From IMG/VR virus record IMGVR_UViG_3300027777_000022: a stretch of DNA of 64,000 nt; one strand, given 5' to 3'. Of the stretch, positions 54,392 through 63,655 are shown one piece after another (positions within the stretch are counted from its first letter, which is position 1; every line of letters begins with the position of its first letter). Source of the DNA: a virus. Its lineage: Duplodnaviria; Heunggongvirae; Uroviricota; Caudoviricetes. Under the pieces are notes generated by a model. That model did not search any database. It was not told the DNA's origin and worked only from the letters and a program-made list of their open reading frames with translations. A program made the translations under genes and the position numbers.

Positions 54392-54823
54392 TTAGACAGG
54401 AGCAAAGTTGGTTGCACTTGTGGTAAACACAGCATTACCAGCGCATGAGTTCAATTGCAAGTTCTGACCACCAGACGCCACTGTGGCACTGGTATTAGCA
54501 ATGGCCAACAGTGTCACATTGCTGTACACATCTGTTGGGTAGATAGCCAAGTTCAACACTGTGGGTGCTGCCGGGCTGACCTGATACATTGCTACTGTGG
54601 CCTTGGTCTGGATGGCTTGCATCAGGTTGTTGATGTAGCCATTGACGTTAGCAGAAGTTGTCAACGCACCATTGGCTACCAAGCTGAAAAAGTCCAGCTT
54701 GGGGCCTTGGAAGTTAACCGAGCCTGTGGCTGCAATGTTAGCTGTACCTTGAATGTTGCCATTCGCAGTGTCCATGTGGAATACCGGTTGGGTAGTTCCG
54801 TTTACTCTTGTAAATACTGCCAT
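54392..54823 (-). CDS. putative abundant virion structural protein
   Basis: Own TAAATA, AGGAG SD and terminator; Ala/Thr/Asn-rich, almost no charged residues. Confidence 0.6.
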   Translation of the reverse strand: MAVFTRVNGTTQPVFHMDTANGNIQGTANIAATGSVNFQGPKLDFFSLVANGALTTSANVNGYINNLMQAIQTKATVAMYQVSPAAPTVLNLAIYPTDVYSNVTLLAIANTSATVASGGQNLQLNSCAGNAVFTTSATNFAPV

Positions 54824-54883
54824 TTTAAAATCTCCTAGTTAGTGGGTTTTTGCCCTACACTTATTTATGAATTTGGCAAAAAA

Positions 54884-56863
54884 TTACACGGTTGGCGGAT
54901 TGTTTCGTGCTTTGTTTCTGGCAGTAAAGTCAAATCTGTTGACTGCTTTGCCATAGCCTGCAGGGGTGGCAAACACCCATCCTTCGTTACCGGGCACTTG
55001 CGCATCTAACTGTGATAACAGATCCAGCTTCAAGTCATGCAACAATTCAAACAACAAAAACGCAGCAGCCAATGCCTGCTCGTTTGATGTAGGGCTGCGT
55101 AGGTATTGTGCAATGTTGTTGACTTTTTGCGGAGTTTGAGTCTGCTGCAACCAAGACAAAAATCCTGGAACCAGATCGCTAAAGTCACCAGTGTATGCTG
55201 CATGATTTGGATCCACTCGCTTGTTGATATAATCCACTGCCAGCTTGGCCAAATCCGTAATCTTCATAGCACGCAACTCTGCAGGATTAAACAATGTGTC
55301 TAATGCTGCACGGTTTTGACGCAATAACTTCTTGATCTCTTTTGTTATGGCATCGTTCTTTGGAACAGGTTTGGCATAGATGGGTTCAATCAACAACAAT
55401 CCAGGTACAGGATTGAACTTGACTCTGCTGAGTGGTTGTTTAGCAGCACCTGCATCTTCATACATGGTATGCACTGCCACACCCACGTCGCTATTGGCAA
55501 TTTGCTGGCCCAACTTGCTGTTCACAGGAATGCGATACTGTACTGTGTTGGGTTGGAATACCAGATTGCCGGCTTCCACTGGCGGTGTTTGTGTGTATAA
55601 CAAATCACCTTTAACAAACCCACGGAAGTTTTCTGGAGTTGCGGCTTCAAGATATGGCCAGATGGTTTGATAAACCGGCAACAATGTTGCAACTCGTGTG
55701 GCTGCATTGCCTTTGGCTGCTGCATTGGCATCTCTGCGAGCCATGTCATTTGCAATGGCATCCGGACTGGTGAACAATCCGTCATAGCCGGCAGCAGTGA
55801 AACCTGCATCATCTGTGAGCACAAACTCACCAGTTTCTGGTTTGCGGCCAAACACCACAGCAGGTTTTCCATCCCACTTTACTGATCCAGTTTTGGGATT
55901 GGTATAGAATGAATCTGCAATGGCCAATGCTCGATCAACACCAGCTGTGCCTTGACGAAACACATAATCCTCCAGGTGCTCAATGCCCTTGGCTTTGCCG
56001 CCTACAGCAGCGGGTTCTGCTTCGTAAAGATGATATGTTTTTTTAGTTTCAATCAATGGTAGCATGCCTTGATTTACAATTCTATCACGTAGTCGTGCTA
56101 GGAAGTTTACGTCATTTTCTTTCACTGTGGTAGCAGGCTCTTGTAATCCTTCACGTGAGAGATATTCACGGAAGTCTGCTAATTTGGTGTCACGTGCAGG
56201 ATCTTGTGATAGTGCAGCATAGATGGATTCTACATTTTTTAGATTCTCACGGGTGGCACCCGGGCCTAGCAATACACTGGCCACATAGTCAGGGTCCATT
56301 CCGCCATCGACCAGTTGATTTGTTGTGCGAGAAAACATGCCATTGGCACCCACTTTGAGTCCCAATTGCTTGGCTATGCTGCTCATGAGCACATTGCGAT
56401 TCATACCTTTGTATGCTGAATCTGTGCCCCCAGCATAAAAAAACTGTCCCCAATCCAGGTTAGGAAAGAACATAAAATCTGTTTGTACAAAGCCCTTGTT
56501 GGAATCACCACCAATGGGTGTGCGTAAATGTACTTCGCCACTTTTTTTGACCCATTCCCTAGGATCAAGCCCTTGACTTTGCACAAACTGTGTAAGAGTA
56601 GCAGCCAATTGTTCCTTGCTGATCTCATTGAGATCCACAGCAAGATCAAGATCGCCTGATGTGGGTTTTTTACCAGTGCTACCCAACCAACGTAGTGGTA
56701 TTCCGTCAGAGCCTTTTTCTGTAGTAAAATCTATACCAGTCACTTGTTCAATCCAGTCAACTGTAGCAGGCACATCTTGAAGATTGATACGTTGTGTCAA
56801 TGGTTCACCCAACTTGGTTTTGAATACGTTGCCACCTTCAAGTAGCTGTTTAATTTGCATCAC
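54884..56863 (-). CDS. Pol-beta-type nucleotidyltransferase fused to a KxDG (DUF6267/ligase-like) domain
   Basis: LGSTGKKPTSGDLDLAV...VQTD in the N-half; HLED, SVKWDGKPA, KGDLLY, EGWV in the C-half. Confidence 0.65.
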   Translation of the reverse strand: MMQIKQLLEGGNVFKTKLGEPLTQRINLQDVPATVDWIEQVTGIDFTTEKGSDGIPLRWLGSTGKKPTSGDLDLAVDLNEISKEQLAATLTQFVQSQGLDPREWVKKSGEVHLRTPIGGDSNKGFVQTDFMFFPNLDWGQFFYAGGTDSAYKGMNRNVLMSSIAKQLGLKVGANGMFSRTTNQLVDGGMDPDYVASVLLGPGATRENLKNVESIYAALSQDPARDTKLADFREYLSREGLQEPATTVKENDVNFLARLRDRIVNQGMLPLIETKKTYHLYEAEPAAVGGKAKGIEHLEDYVFRQGTAGVDRALAIADSFYTNPKTGSVKWDGKPAVVFGRKPETGEFVLTDDAGFTAAGYDGLFTSPDAIANDMARRDANAAAKGNAATRVATLLPVYQTIWPYLEAATPENFRGFVKGDLLYTQTPPVEAGNLVFQPNTVQYRIPVNSKLGQQIANSDVGVAVHTMYEDAGAAKQPLSRVKFNPVPGLLLIEPIYAKPVPKNDAITKEIKKLLRQNRAALDTLFNPAELRAMKITDLAKLAVDYINKRVDPNHAAYTGDFSDLVPGFLSWLQQTQTPQKVNNIAQYLRSPTSNEQALAAAFLLFELLHDLKLDLLSQLDAQVPGNEGWVFATPAGYGKAVNRFDFTARNKARNNPPTV

Positions 56864-57095
56864 TGCGCCTCACTGTTCTAGCAAATTTTCCTGCATCTCG
56901 TGTACGGATAGCATTGAGCAATTTGCGTGTTAAATTTTCTGCTTGTTCTTGGGTGTAGGAAGCATCGATCTGTTCCAGCAGATTGATTGCGCCAGCAATG
57001 ATATTTGCAGCACGGCTCTCTATCACTAGGTCGCGTTCGCGCTCAATGTACATAGAATCTAATTCTTCTAGTAAACTACGAGTGCGTTTCTGCAT
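56850..57095 (-). CDS. hypothetical phage protein
   Basis: 81 aa; TAAATA upstream. Confidence 0.7.
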   Translation of the reverse strand: MQKRTRSLLEELDSMYIERERDLVIESRAANIIAGAINLLEQIDASYTQEQAENLTRKLLNAIRTRDAGKFARTVRRSDAN

Positions 57096-57113
57096 ATGGA
57101 TAAGGCCCTTGAC

Positions 57114-58124
57114 TTATTTATTGATTTTAGTTCCACATACATCATTACAAATTATCAAACGCCCTTGTTCGAATGCGGGTATTTCCCAAGTGGCAACCAC
57201 TTTATTAAACCAAGAAATACAATCTTTAAGAGAGTTCTCTAATGCGTTGTTCTCACCAATCAATGGAGTTAGTTGAGAGTTAACAGCACTATGATAATTG
57301 CCATGCCCGTAGGTCTTGGGGCTAAACCCAAGAAAGCAACAGGGATATACCTCACCTATACTAGTGATATATAATGACTTTTGTTTTTTTACTTTACAAC
57401 TAATCGTAGCCGGAGAGCGACCTGGAGTGATATCTTCAAGAATCACTGTGTCCTGAGTTCGAGTTTTCCATAGTATTTCAAAATTTGTTTCAGTGGAATT
57501 GCCCATTACATGTACTAGATTTTTATTTTTATCAAAAACCGGTCCCTGATTTCTCCCGTGGTCTAATAGAATAAAATTTTGAAATCCTATCTCTTCACTA
57601 AGTTGTCTAGCTTGATCTTGTTGGTGACGATTGTGATCAAAATCAATCATCTTCCAACTGGCCGTTCCGCCCGCTTCTAGGAATATCTTAGCATTTTTTA
57701 TCACAGTTGAATACATTGTATTTTGTCTGTAAAGACTATGAACTTCATCTATGCCGTCGATACAAAATAATACGGCCACTTCTTCATGGGCTAATGCTTG
57801 CCAAAAATCACGATCTCTTGCTCCGCCATTGGTACTGATTGTAATTTGAAGTTGTGGATTGTGTAATTTAAAGTATTTAACAATAGCGACAGTGGCCTGA
57901 TTCATTACCGCATCACCAAAGTTACCATTGATAAAAACTTCCGTTATCTGTTTTAAAAATTCTGGCTGGAATATTTGTTGAGCTTGCGCTAATGTCATGT
58001 CATGTTCAATGTAACCGTCATTGTGCGGATATCCATAGAAATTTCTCGGGCACAATGGGCAGGCTGCATTGCATCTACTAGATATTTCTAGATGAACATG
58101 TGTTATTTCTTCAATACTATACAT
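57114..58124 (-). CDS. radical SAM enzyme with SPASM/twitch-like C-terminus
   Basis: CNAACPLC, GNFGD, STNG, IDG, GEVYPCC, CNDVC. Confidence 0.88.
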   Translation of the reverse strand: MYSIEEITHVHLEISSRCNAACPLCPRNFYGYPHNDGYIEHDMTLAQAQQIFQPEFLKQITEVFINGNFGDAVMNQATVAIVKYFKLHNPQLQITISTNGGARDRDFWQALAHEEVAVLFCIDGIDEVHSLYRQNTMYSTVIKNAKIFLEAGGTASWKMIDFDHNRHQQDQARQLSEEIGFQNFILLDHGRNQGPVFDKNKNLVHVMGNSTETNFEILWKTRTQDTVILEDITPGRSPATISCKVKKQKSLYITSIGEVYPCCFLGFSPKTYGHGNYHSAVNSQLTPLIGENNALENSLKDCISWFNKVVATWEIPAFEQGRLIICNDVCGTKINK

Positions 58125-58127
58125 ATT

Positions 58128-59555
58128 TTATACAGTTTTGATCTTGCCCAACAACTGCTTTAGCTTGGTGCTTTGCACATCTGCAGAAATTTTTGGATCC
58201 AATGGATCATGCCCATCTTTGGGTTTTGGTCGTTCCCACCCGCCAGTGGATTCGGACGGAGTAACTGATGTTTTTGCTTTGATAGAATCCATCAAGCTGG
58301 GTTTGCGGAATGAGTTTTCACTGTCTTCACCACCGGCATCGGTGATACGCATGGTATCAATATTGTATTCAAGATCAATCTTTTGTCCTACGCCTGTTGA
58401 ACTACGTGACTTCATACACTGAATTTGATACTTGCCACGCTCTTTCATTTGTCTGCTGGTAAAGATACCAAACACATTGTCTGCTGTGTTGATTTTGGAT
58501 ATACCACCAGAAATATGACTGTGATCAAACTCTACTTCTTCCACTGCTGATCTATTCAACTGACTTGCAGTGACCATGAGTATTTGTAGTTCTTTGGCCA
58601 AGTTACGCAGTTCTTCACTCACATACTTGTCTTTCACAAACAAGTCATTAGGGCTTACCTTTGCACTCACGGGCATCAACAAGTCTAAATAATCAATCAT
58701 CACAAAGTCCACACGTTTACCTGTTTGTATTTGATATTCTTTCAAGTAAGCACGAATATCATTGATATTGCTCTGTGCCGGTAGTCCTTTCACTTGATAG
58801 TTACCAGATTTCTTGCCTACCATTTTTACTTTGAGTTCAGTGGTATCAATGTCCTTGCGAATATCCTTTGTGCTCATGTTTGTAAGCATGGCATCAGTTC
58901 TCAAACTTGTGAGTTCTTCACTCAATTCCAGCGTGATGTATACTCCGCTTAGTCCGGCCTGAACCCAATTCAATGCTATGTTCATCATCACAAGACTCTT
59001 GCCTGAGCCTGATCCACCTGCAAAGATGTTGAGTTCTCCGCGACTGAATCCGCCATACAGCAGTCGATCCATCTGCGGCCATCCTGTGCTGACTTGCCCA
59101 CCAGAGTTGAAATACTTTTCAATTCTGCCTTTGGGATCAGCAAAGTAATCTGTGCCCATGTCCTTGGTCAGACTAATCTGTACAGCATCTTTGATCAGTT
59201 TCTCTACTGGATCGTAATCACCCTTCTCCAACAAGTCTGCTGCTTTGAGAATAGCACGTTCTAGCTCTTGGCGTCGAGTAAATGCTTCAAACTCAGTCAT
59301 GAACCATTCAAAGTGACCTTCATTTAGTTCAGGCACTGGTTGTAATTTTACTCCTGTTGTGGCCGATATCTGTGCTCGATCAGGAAGTGTTTTGTATCGG
59401 TCTCCGTGCTCTTTAAGAAACTCAGCAGCTGGTCTCAAACTTCTATCAAAGTTCTCTGGATTATAAATGTTCTGCACACGCACATAGCCTTGTGCATCCT
59501 CCAGCATCATTTCTAGAAATAACTTTTGTACTTTAATTCCGTAGTCTTTTAACAA
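58128..59555 (-). CDS. replicative DNA helicase (DnaB/T4 gp41-like)
   Basis: GGSGSGKS Walker A, ITLELSE, IDYLDL, TASQLNR. Confidence 0.92.
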   Translation of the reverse strand: MLKDYGIKVQKLFLEMMLEDAQGYVRVQNIYNPENFDRSLRPAAEFLKEHGDRYKTLPDRAQISATTGVKLQPVPELNEGHFEWFMTEFEAFTRRQELERAILKAADLLEKGDYDPVEKLIKDAVQISLTKDMGTDYFADPKGRIEKYFNSGGQVSTGWPQMDRLLYGGFSRGELNIFAGGSGSGKSLVMMNIALNWVQAGLSGVYITLELSEELTSLRTDAMLTNMSTKDIRKDIDTTELKVKMVGKKSGNYQVKGLPAQSNINDIRAYLKEYQIQTGKRVDFVMIDYLDLLMPVSAKVSPNDLFVKDKYVSEELRNLAKELQILMVTASQLNRSAVEEVEFDHSHISGGISKINTADNVFGIFTSRQMKERGKYQIQCMKSRSSTGVGQKIDLEYNIDTMRITDAGGEDSENSFRKPSLMDSIKAKTSVTPSESTGGWERPKPKDGHDPLDPKISADVQSTKLKQLLGKIKTV

Positions 59556-60507
59556 GATTTTTCTTCCTTAGTTCTATTTTAATTCTGCTGGTTTCGCGAT
59601 TTTCAAATATAGTCAGCAGAGTTGCCAGTCGTCCGTAACGAACCACACTGTCGTTCACATCCTTGATGTCGTCGGGCCATGGTGGCATGCTTACTGCCCA
59701 TCCCAGTTCCACAGCACGATCCACCAGTTCCATGCCTGCCAAGTCCTGATCAGGTACCACAGTAATCTCTCGGCCAAGGCTGCGAATCAATCGTGCTTGC
59801 TGATCAGATATGGTGCTGTGCATCACTGCTAGACCCCCAATACACAGCGCATCAAACACACCCTCTACCACAATTGTATTAGTCCAGTCTGCATGCTGCA
59901 AGTCTGTACCAAACACGTAGCCTGGTTGACTGCTGCTGATGTATTTGGGTTTTCTGTTATCTAAGTATCGTTCTGTATGTCCTACCACACGGTTATGATG
60001 TGTGAATGGGATAATCACTGCTGGTCGATGATCCTGATGATTTTTAAAAATCAATGCAGGATAATCTTCAGGCACTCGTCGATGCCGTAGATACTCTTTA
60101 AACTGATTTTCTTCAGTCAACAACTCAGTCAATGGTGGTAACTCTTGTTCTTCAAACGTGATATCAGCCAGGATATCAAATGTACGTTGTCGATCATCAA
60201 TGATGCCGTATATGCCTCGATGTCTTAGACTTTCTAGGTTCAGCATATCAATTTCAGCATCGGGCACACCCATCCAACTCAAGAGCCTACGGGCCTTATA
60301 ACTTAATGTACGGCCAAGGATAAAGCTAGCGGTGTAGTTGCAGTTAAAGCAGTGATAACTCCAACCTTGTTCTGATGGTTTGATGCCACCACGATTGCGG
60401 TGATCTTTTGTACTGCTATTATGTTGACAACATACTGCATTGAAACTTATCCAACCTGATGGGGTGGCTTTTCGTTTCGCAGGCAAATACTCAAGGATGT
60501 CTAGCAT
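59533..60507 (-). CDS. DNA primase (T4 gp61-like)
   Basis: Zn-binding CC...YHCFNC, TOPRIM VVEGVFDA, PDQD, KDVND. Confidence 0.88.
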   Translation of the reverse strand: MLDILEYLPAKRKATPSGWISFNAVCCQHNSSTKDHRNRGGIKPSEQGWSYHCFNCNYTASFILGRTLSYKARRLLSWMGVPDAEIDMLNLESLRHRGIYGIIDDRQRTFDILADITFEEQELPPLTELLTEENQFKEYLRHRRVPEDYPALIFKNHQDHRPAVIIPFTHHNRVVGHTERYLDNRKPKYISSSQPGYVFGTDLQHADWTNTIVVEGVFDALCIGGLAVMHSTISDQQARLIRSLGREITVVPDQDLAGMELVDRAVELGWAVSMPPWPDDIKDVNDSVVRYGRLATLLTIFENRETSRIKIELRKKNLVKRLRN

Positions 60508-60509
60508 CC

Positions 60510-61244
60510 TTACATTGTAGCAGAGTCTATAGTAGAAATCAACTTTTCAGCAATCATCACATGTCCAATCTCGTTGGGATGTCCGCCAGGCTTGATCAGT
60601 TCGCGTTTCTGGTTGCCTGGATGATCGCGAAACCAAAGCGTAGTTGCAAAGTCGGGCCAAATTATGGTGGGGGTATTCTTCATTTTGCAGTCACCGGGCA
60701 TGACATGAAATTGCATCATGGGTATGTTGTGTCTGGCAGCAACCCCATCAAAAAATAATAAAGTTTGTTGGTAATTCAATCTTGCTAAATCGGCACAGTT
60801 AGTAAGCACCAGTTGTTGTTTGACCATGTTGCGGAATTCTTCAGGAATTACACTGCTTCCATATTCTACCCAGGTTGAATGAATAAACTTGTTCCATGGA
60901 GCATCATTTCCGTAGCTTTTATGATTGGGATTGTAGAAACTGAGTCTGTCGGAATCAGTGTGCCCTACCAGTACCAAACAGTTTTCTAGATCAGGTTCAT
61001 GATCCAACCACCACTGGAATGTCCAAATTGAGCTTTGCATTGACCCGCCTGGGATACCAAAGTTTTCAATGGGTACATTGTAATGTTTGCCAACCAGCCC
61101 TAGAAAGTTATGACTGTTTCGATATGTTTCATTCTGTGTCCAACATGAATGTGCATTGGCATGTTTGAGAACCAGATCTGGATCCAGCAACTCATCACCA
61201 TACATCCACGAATCACCAAATCCTACAATTTTTTTATATTTCAT
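60510..61244 (-). CDS. SGNH/GDSL hydrolase-like protein
   Basis: FGDSW near the N-terminus, GHPNEIGH near the C-terminus. Confidence 0.7.
   Translation of the reverse strand: MKYKKIVGFGDSWMYGDELLDPDLVLKHANAHSCWTQNETYRNSHNFLGLVGKHYNVPIENFGIPGGSMQSSIWTFQWWLDHEPDLENCLVLVGHTDSDRLSFYNPNHKSYGNDAPWNKFIHSTWVEYGSSVIPEEFRNMVKQQLVLTNCADLARLNYQQTLLFFDGVAARHNIPMMQFHVMPGDCKMKNTPTIIWPDFATTLWFRDHPGNQKRELIKPGGHPNEIGHVMIAEKLISTIDSATM
60514..60542 (-). promoter_or_regulatory. sigma70-type promoter for primase-helicase
   Basis: TTGATT-17-TACAAT ending 6 nt before the primase ATG. Confidence 0.55.
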
Positions 61245-62329
61245 CTAACTAATATGCTTACAATGGCTCCACGATTTAGACTGACCGCAGCAATTTGGTT
61301 GCTTTGCTGTGGGTTACTAACATAGCCTTGACCACCATTAATAACATTTATGGCACTTACTGAGGTACCTTCAATTTCTGCCTCGGCCACAGCACCCGCA
61401 CCCAGACCAATGATGTTCACACGTGGTGGCGCTAGATATCCGTATCCAGACTGTGTCACAGTTATACTTGTGATCACTCCGTTGGCCCCATATGCTGTGG
61501 CTGTGGCCAATTGTACCTGTTCTGTACCTGGCCATTGATCTGCCACAAGTCTCAACAAAGGATGATATCCCAATACATTGATATAGTCCGTACCAGTTTT
61601 ATTGTAATAACTTTGCTGTTCAGTAACATCTACCCAAACTGATTCATATGTTTGCGCACCTTGTGCTTTGACATTGCCAGTGAAGTGATCCATCTCCATT
61701 TGAAATGTGGTCAAACTGGTTCCATTGCTGTTCACATGACTACTGAATCGTTGCGGGTCGTTGTAAACATTTCCGTATGCACCTGGTGGATTTAATGCCC
61801 AGTCTGGATAGTTGGCACTGAATACAGGATCTAGAAATGCTTCTGGACCGTAGATGTTGGGTATAGTTACCAAGTGGCTGGGAACAAAAGCAGGCTTTAC
61901 TGAGTCTACGATATCTACATCACCACGAGCCTGTGCTTGTGCATCCACAAACACAGCCTCCACTAGATTGCCACTGGTACGTTCTATACTGTAGCTGCTG
62001 GGTTCGGGTGGAAATTCAGAAGTCTCTGCAGAGGTCAATGTGATTTTGGCACGTCCGTACTGTGCGCTGATGATGACCATGTCTTTTTCGATCAACTGTG
62101 CAGTACCTGCTAGATTGATCAATTTGAATCGTAAGTCACTTCCTGTGATGTTCACAGGCTTTTGGTCTTGATTAACAAACTCAAACAAGATCACGTTGTC
62201 AACACCTTTGTTGATGGTTAATTTTTTAGCGTACACAGGGTCCCACCTCCGGTCAAAATAAGCACCGCTGGAATCCAAGACCAACACTCGTTGGATTTGC
62301 TGATAGATATAGATCTGAGTTGAATACAT
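61241..62329 (-). CDS. putative virion structural (baseplate/tail) protein
   Basis: KGVDNVILFEFVNQDQKPVNIT; C-terminal ITVTQSGYGY / INVINGGQGY repeats. Confidence 0.6.
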   Translation of the reverse strand: MYSTQIYIYQQIQRVLVLDSSGAYFDRRWDPVYAKKLTINKGVDNVILFEFVNQDQKPVNITGSDLRFKLINLAGTAQLIEKDMVIISAQYGRAKITLTSAETSEFPPEPSSYSIERTSGNLVEAVFVDAQAQARGDVDIVDSVKPAFVPSHLVTIPNIYGPEAFLDPVFSANYPDWALNPPGAYGNVYNDPQRFSSHVNSNGTSLTTFQMEMDHFTGNVKAQGAQTYESVWVDVTEQQSYYNKTGTDYINVLGYHPLLRLVADQWPGTEQVQLATATAYGANGVITSITVTQSGYGYLAPPRVNIIGLGAGAVAEAEIEGTSVSAINVINGGQGYVSNPQQSNQIAAVSLNRGAIVSILVR

Positions 62330-62343
62330 ATGGCGCTCCAATG

Positions 62344-62373
62344 ATATTTACCTAGAGTCTCTTGGTATAAATA
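62344..62373. promoter_or_regulatory. back-to-back late-type promoters
   Basis: TAAATA on the minus strand and TATAAATA on the plus strand between divergent genes. Confidence 0.6.
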
Positions 62374-62389
62374 TCCGAAATAGTATAAT

Positions 62390-62767
62390 ATGGGCAGAGA
62401 CTTATTTCAAAAACTTGCTGACAAATATCCATTTATAACGCTGTGTGTGTATGCCACCAACGAATATGTGGGCATTGTACAGAATAGAGATGATATAATC
62501 ACCACCATCTATGACTTTGGAAATGTAAAAGATCTAGAGCAAAAACGTCGTTACTTGGATTTGGCCAACACCTGGTGGTGGGAATCCAATCGATCAATAC
62601 CCATTAACATATTCCTGCGTGGTGAATGGGATGAATTCCGTGGCTGTTTACGAACGTTTGTAAACAAGGACTTGGAAATACTGCACGGTCCTGTATGCAG
62701 CTTGAACGATATTGCCCGTAGAAAAAGCAAACGAAAGAGCATCACTTTAGTGAGGCGAATTGAGTAA
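62390..62767 (+). CDS. hypothetical phage protein
   Basis: EYVGIVQN, WWWESNRSIPINIFL. Confidence 0.75.
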   Translation: MGRDLFQKLADKYPFITLCVYATNEYVGIVQNRDDIITTIYDFGNVKDLEQKRRYLDLANTWWWESNRSIPINIFLRGEWDEFRGCLRTFVNKDLEILHGPVCSLNDIARRKSKRKSITLVRRIE

Positions 62768-63307
62768 ATTCATATGTAGCGCCACCAATGCTGCATAACC
62801 AATGGAATGTGCTTTTTTAAACGTGTAACCTCTGCTGAGATCACCATCCCACACTGAGTCAAACACTACGGGCCAAGGCTGATTCTGCAAATGTGCTTTG
62901 CCCGGACGTATCACACTAATAAATGCTGCCATTCTAGGAATTGAATCTGGTCGCATACTCTTTAGCAATGCTTGATAGTTGCCTATGTGTATCAGTTTAC
63001 TAGCCCAGTCTGGCTCCTGCCATAGTCTATCCCAAGGTGGTGTGGCTGCTAACATCTGTTCATAATGTGCAGGGTCACGAATCAAGTTGTACACACTCAT
63101 GTTCAACAAGTCAATTTTGAAATAACCACGGGCTTCGGCTGTTTCGTAATCAATGGCTGCGCAACCTACAACAGGATCACGTGGTATGTCTGTAATGTAG
63201 ATTCCTGAGTTGTGTTTTTTGCCATTGCTTTGCCGTGCCACTGTGTGCTGGATCAATGCCAGCACAGCATCTCTATTGGGCACGTCGATGTCAATGTCTG
63301 CGCTCAT
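62747..63307 (-). CDS. miniature DNA polymerase III alpha (DnaE)-like protein
   Basis: ADIDID, KHNSGIY, FKIDLL, IRPG, YTFKKAHSIGYA in DnaE order within 186 aa. Confidence 0.75.
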   Translation of the reverse strand: MSADIDIDVPNRDAVLALIQHTVARQSNGKKHNSGIYITDIPRDPVVGCAAIDYETAEARGYFKIDLLNMSVYNLIRDPAHYEQMLAATPPWDRLWQEPDWASKLIHIGNYQALLKSMRPDSIPRMAAFISVIRPGKAHLQNQPWPVVFDSVWDGDLSRGYTFKKAHSIGYAALVALHMNLLNSPH

Positions 63308-63654
63308 ATCTTTACCAATGCTGCTGTCATACGCAGTTGTTCCTCAGCTTTGTCCACAGCATCCACTAGATCGGCGATTGCTGGATGTTGTGCAGCCAAT
63401 GCTTGTATTTCTTTTTCTTGTTGCATTTTCTTTGCAGCCCATTCTAATACAATGGCATACTCGGGTTTGAGCATCACTGTTGCATAGCTGGTATTCATAG
63501 GCATCCATCTTGACCCGTCAAATGTTTCCATAACATTGCCGTTGATACGTATCATACCTTGTATGGGATTGTTTGTATTTTGTGTTACATACGGTACCGC
63601 AATGTCGCCACCATTGACAACTATGTACGAGTCACCTTGTAAACCTTTGATCAT
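63304..63654 (-). CDS. hypothetical phage protein
   Basis: 116 aa coupled ORF. Confidence 0.7.
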   Translation of the reverse strand: MIKGLQGDSYIVVNGGDIAVPYVTQNTNNPIQGMIRINGNVMETFDGSRWMPMNTSYATVMLKPEYAIVLEWAAKKMQQEKEIQALAAQHPAIADLVDAVDKAEEQLRMTAALVKI

Positions 63655-63655
63655 A

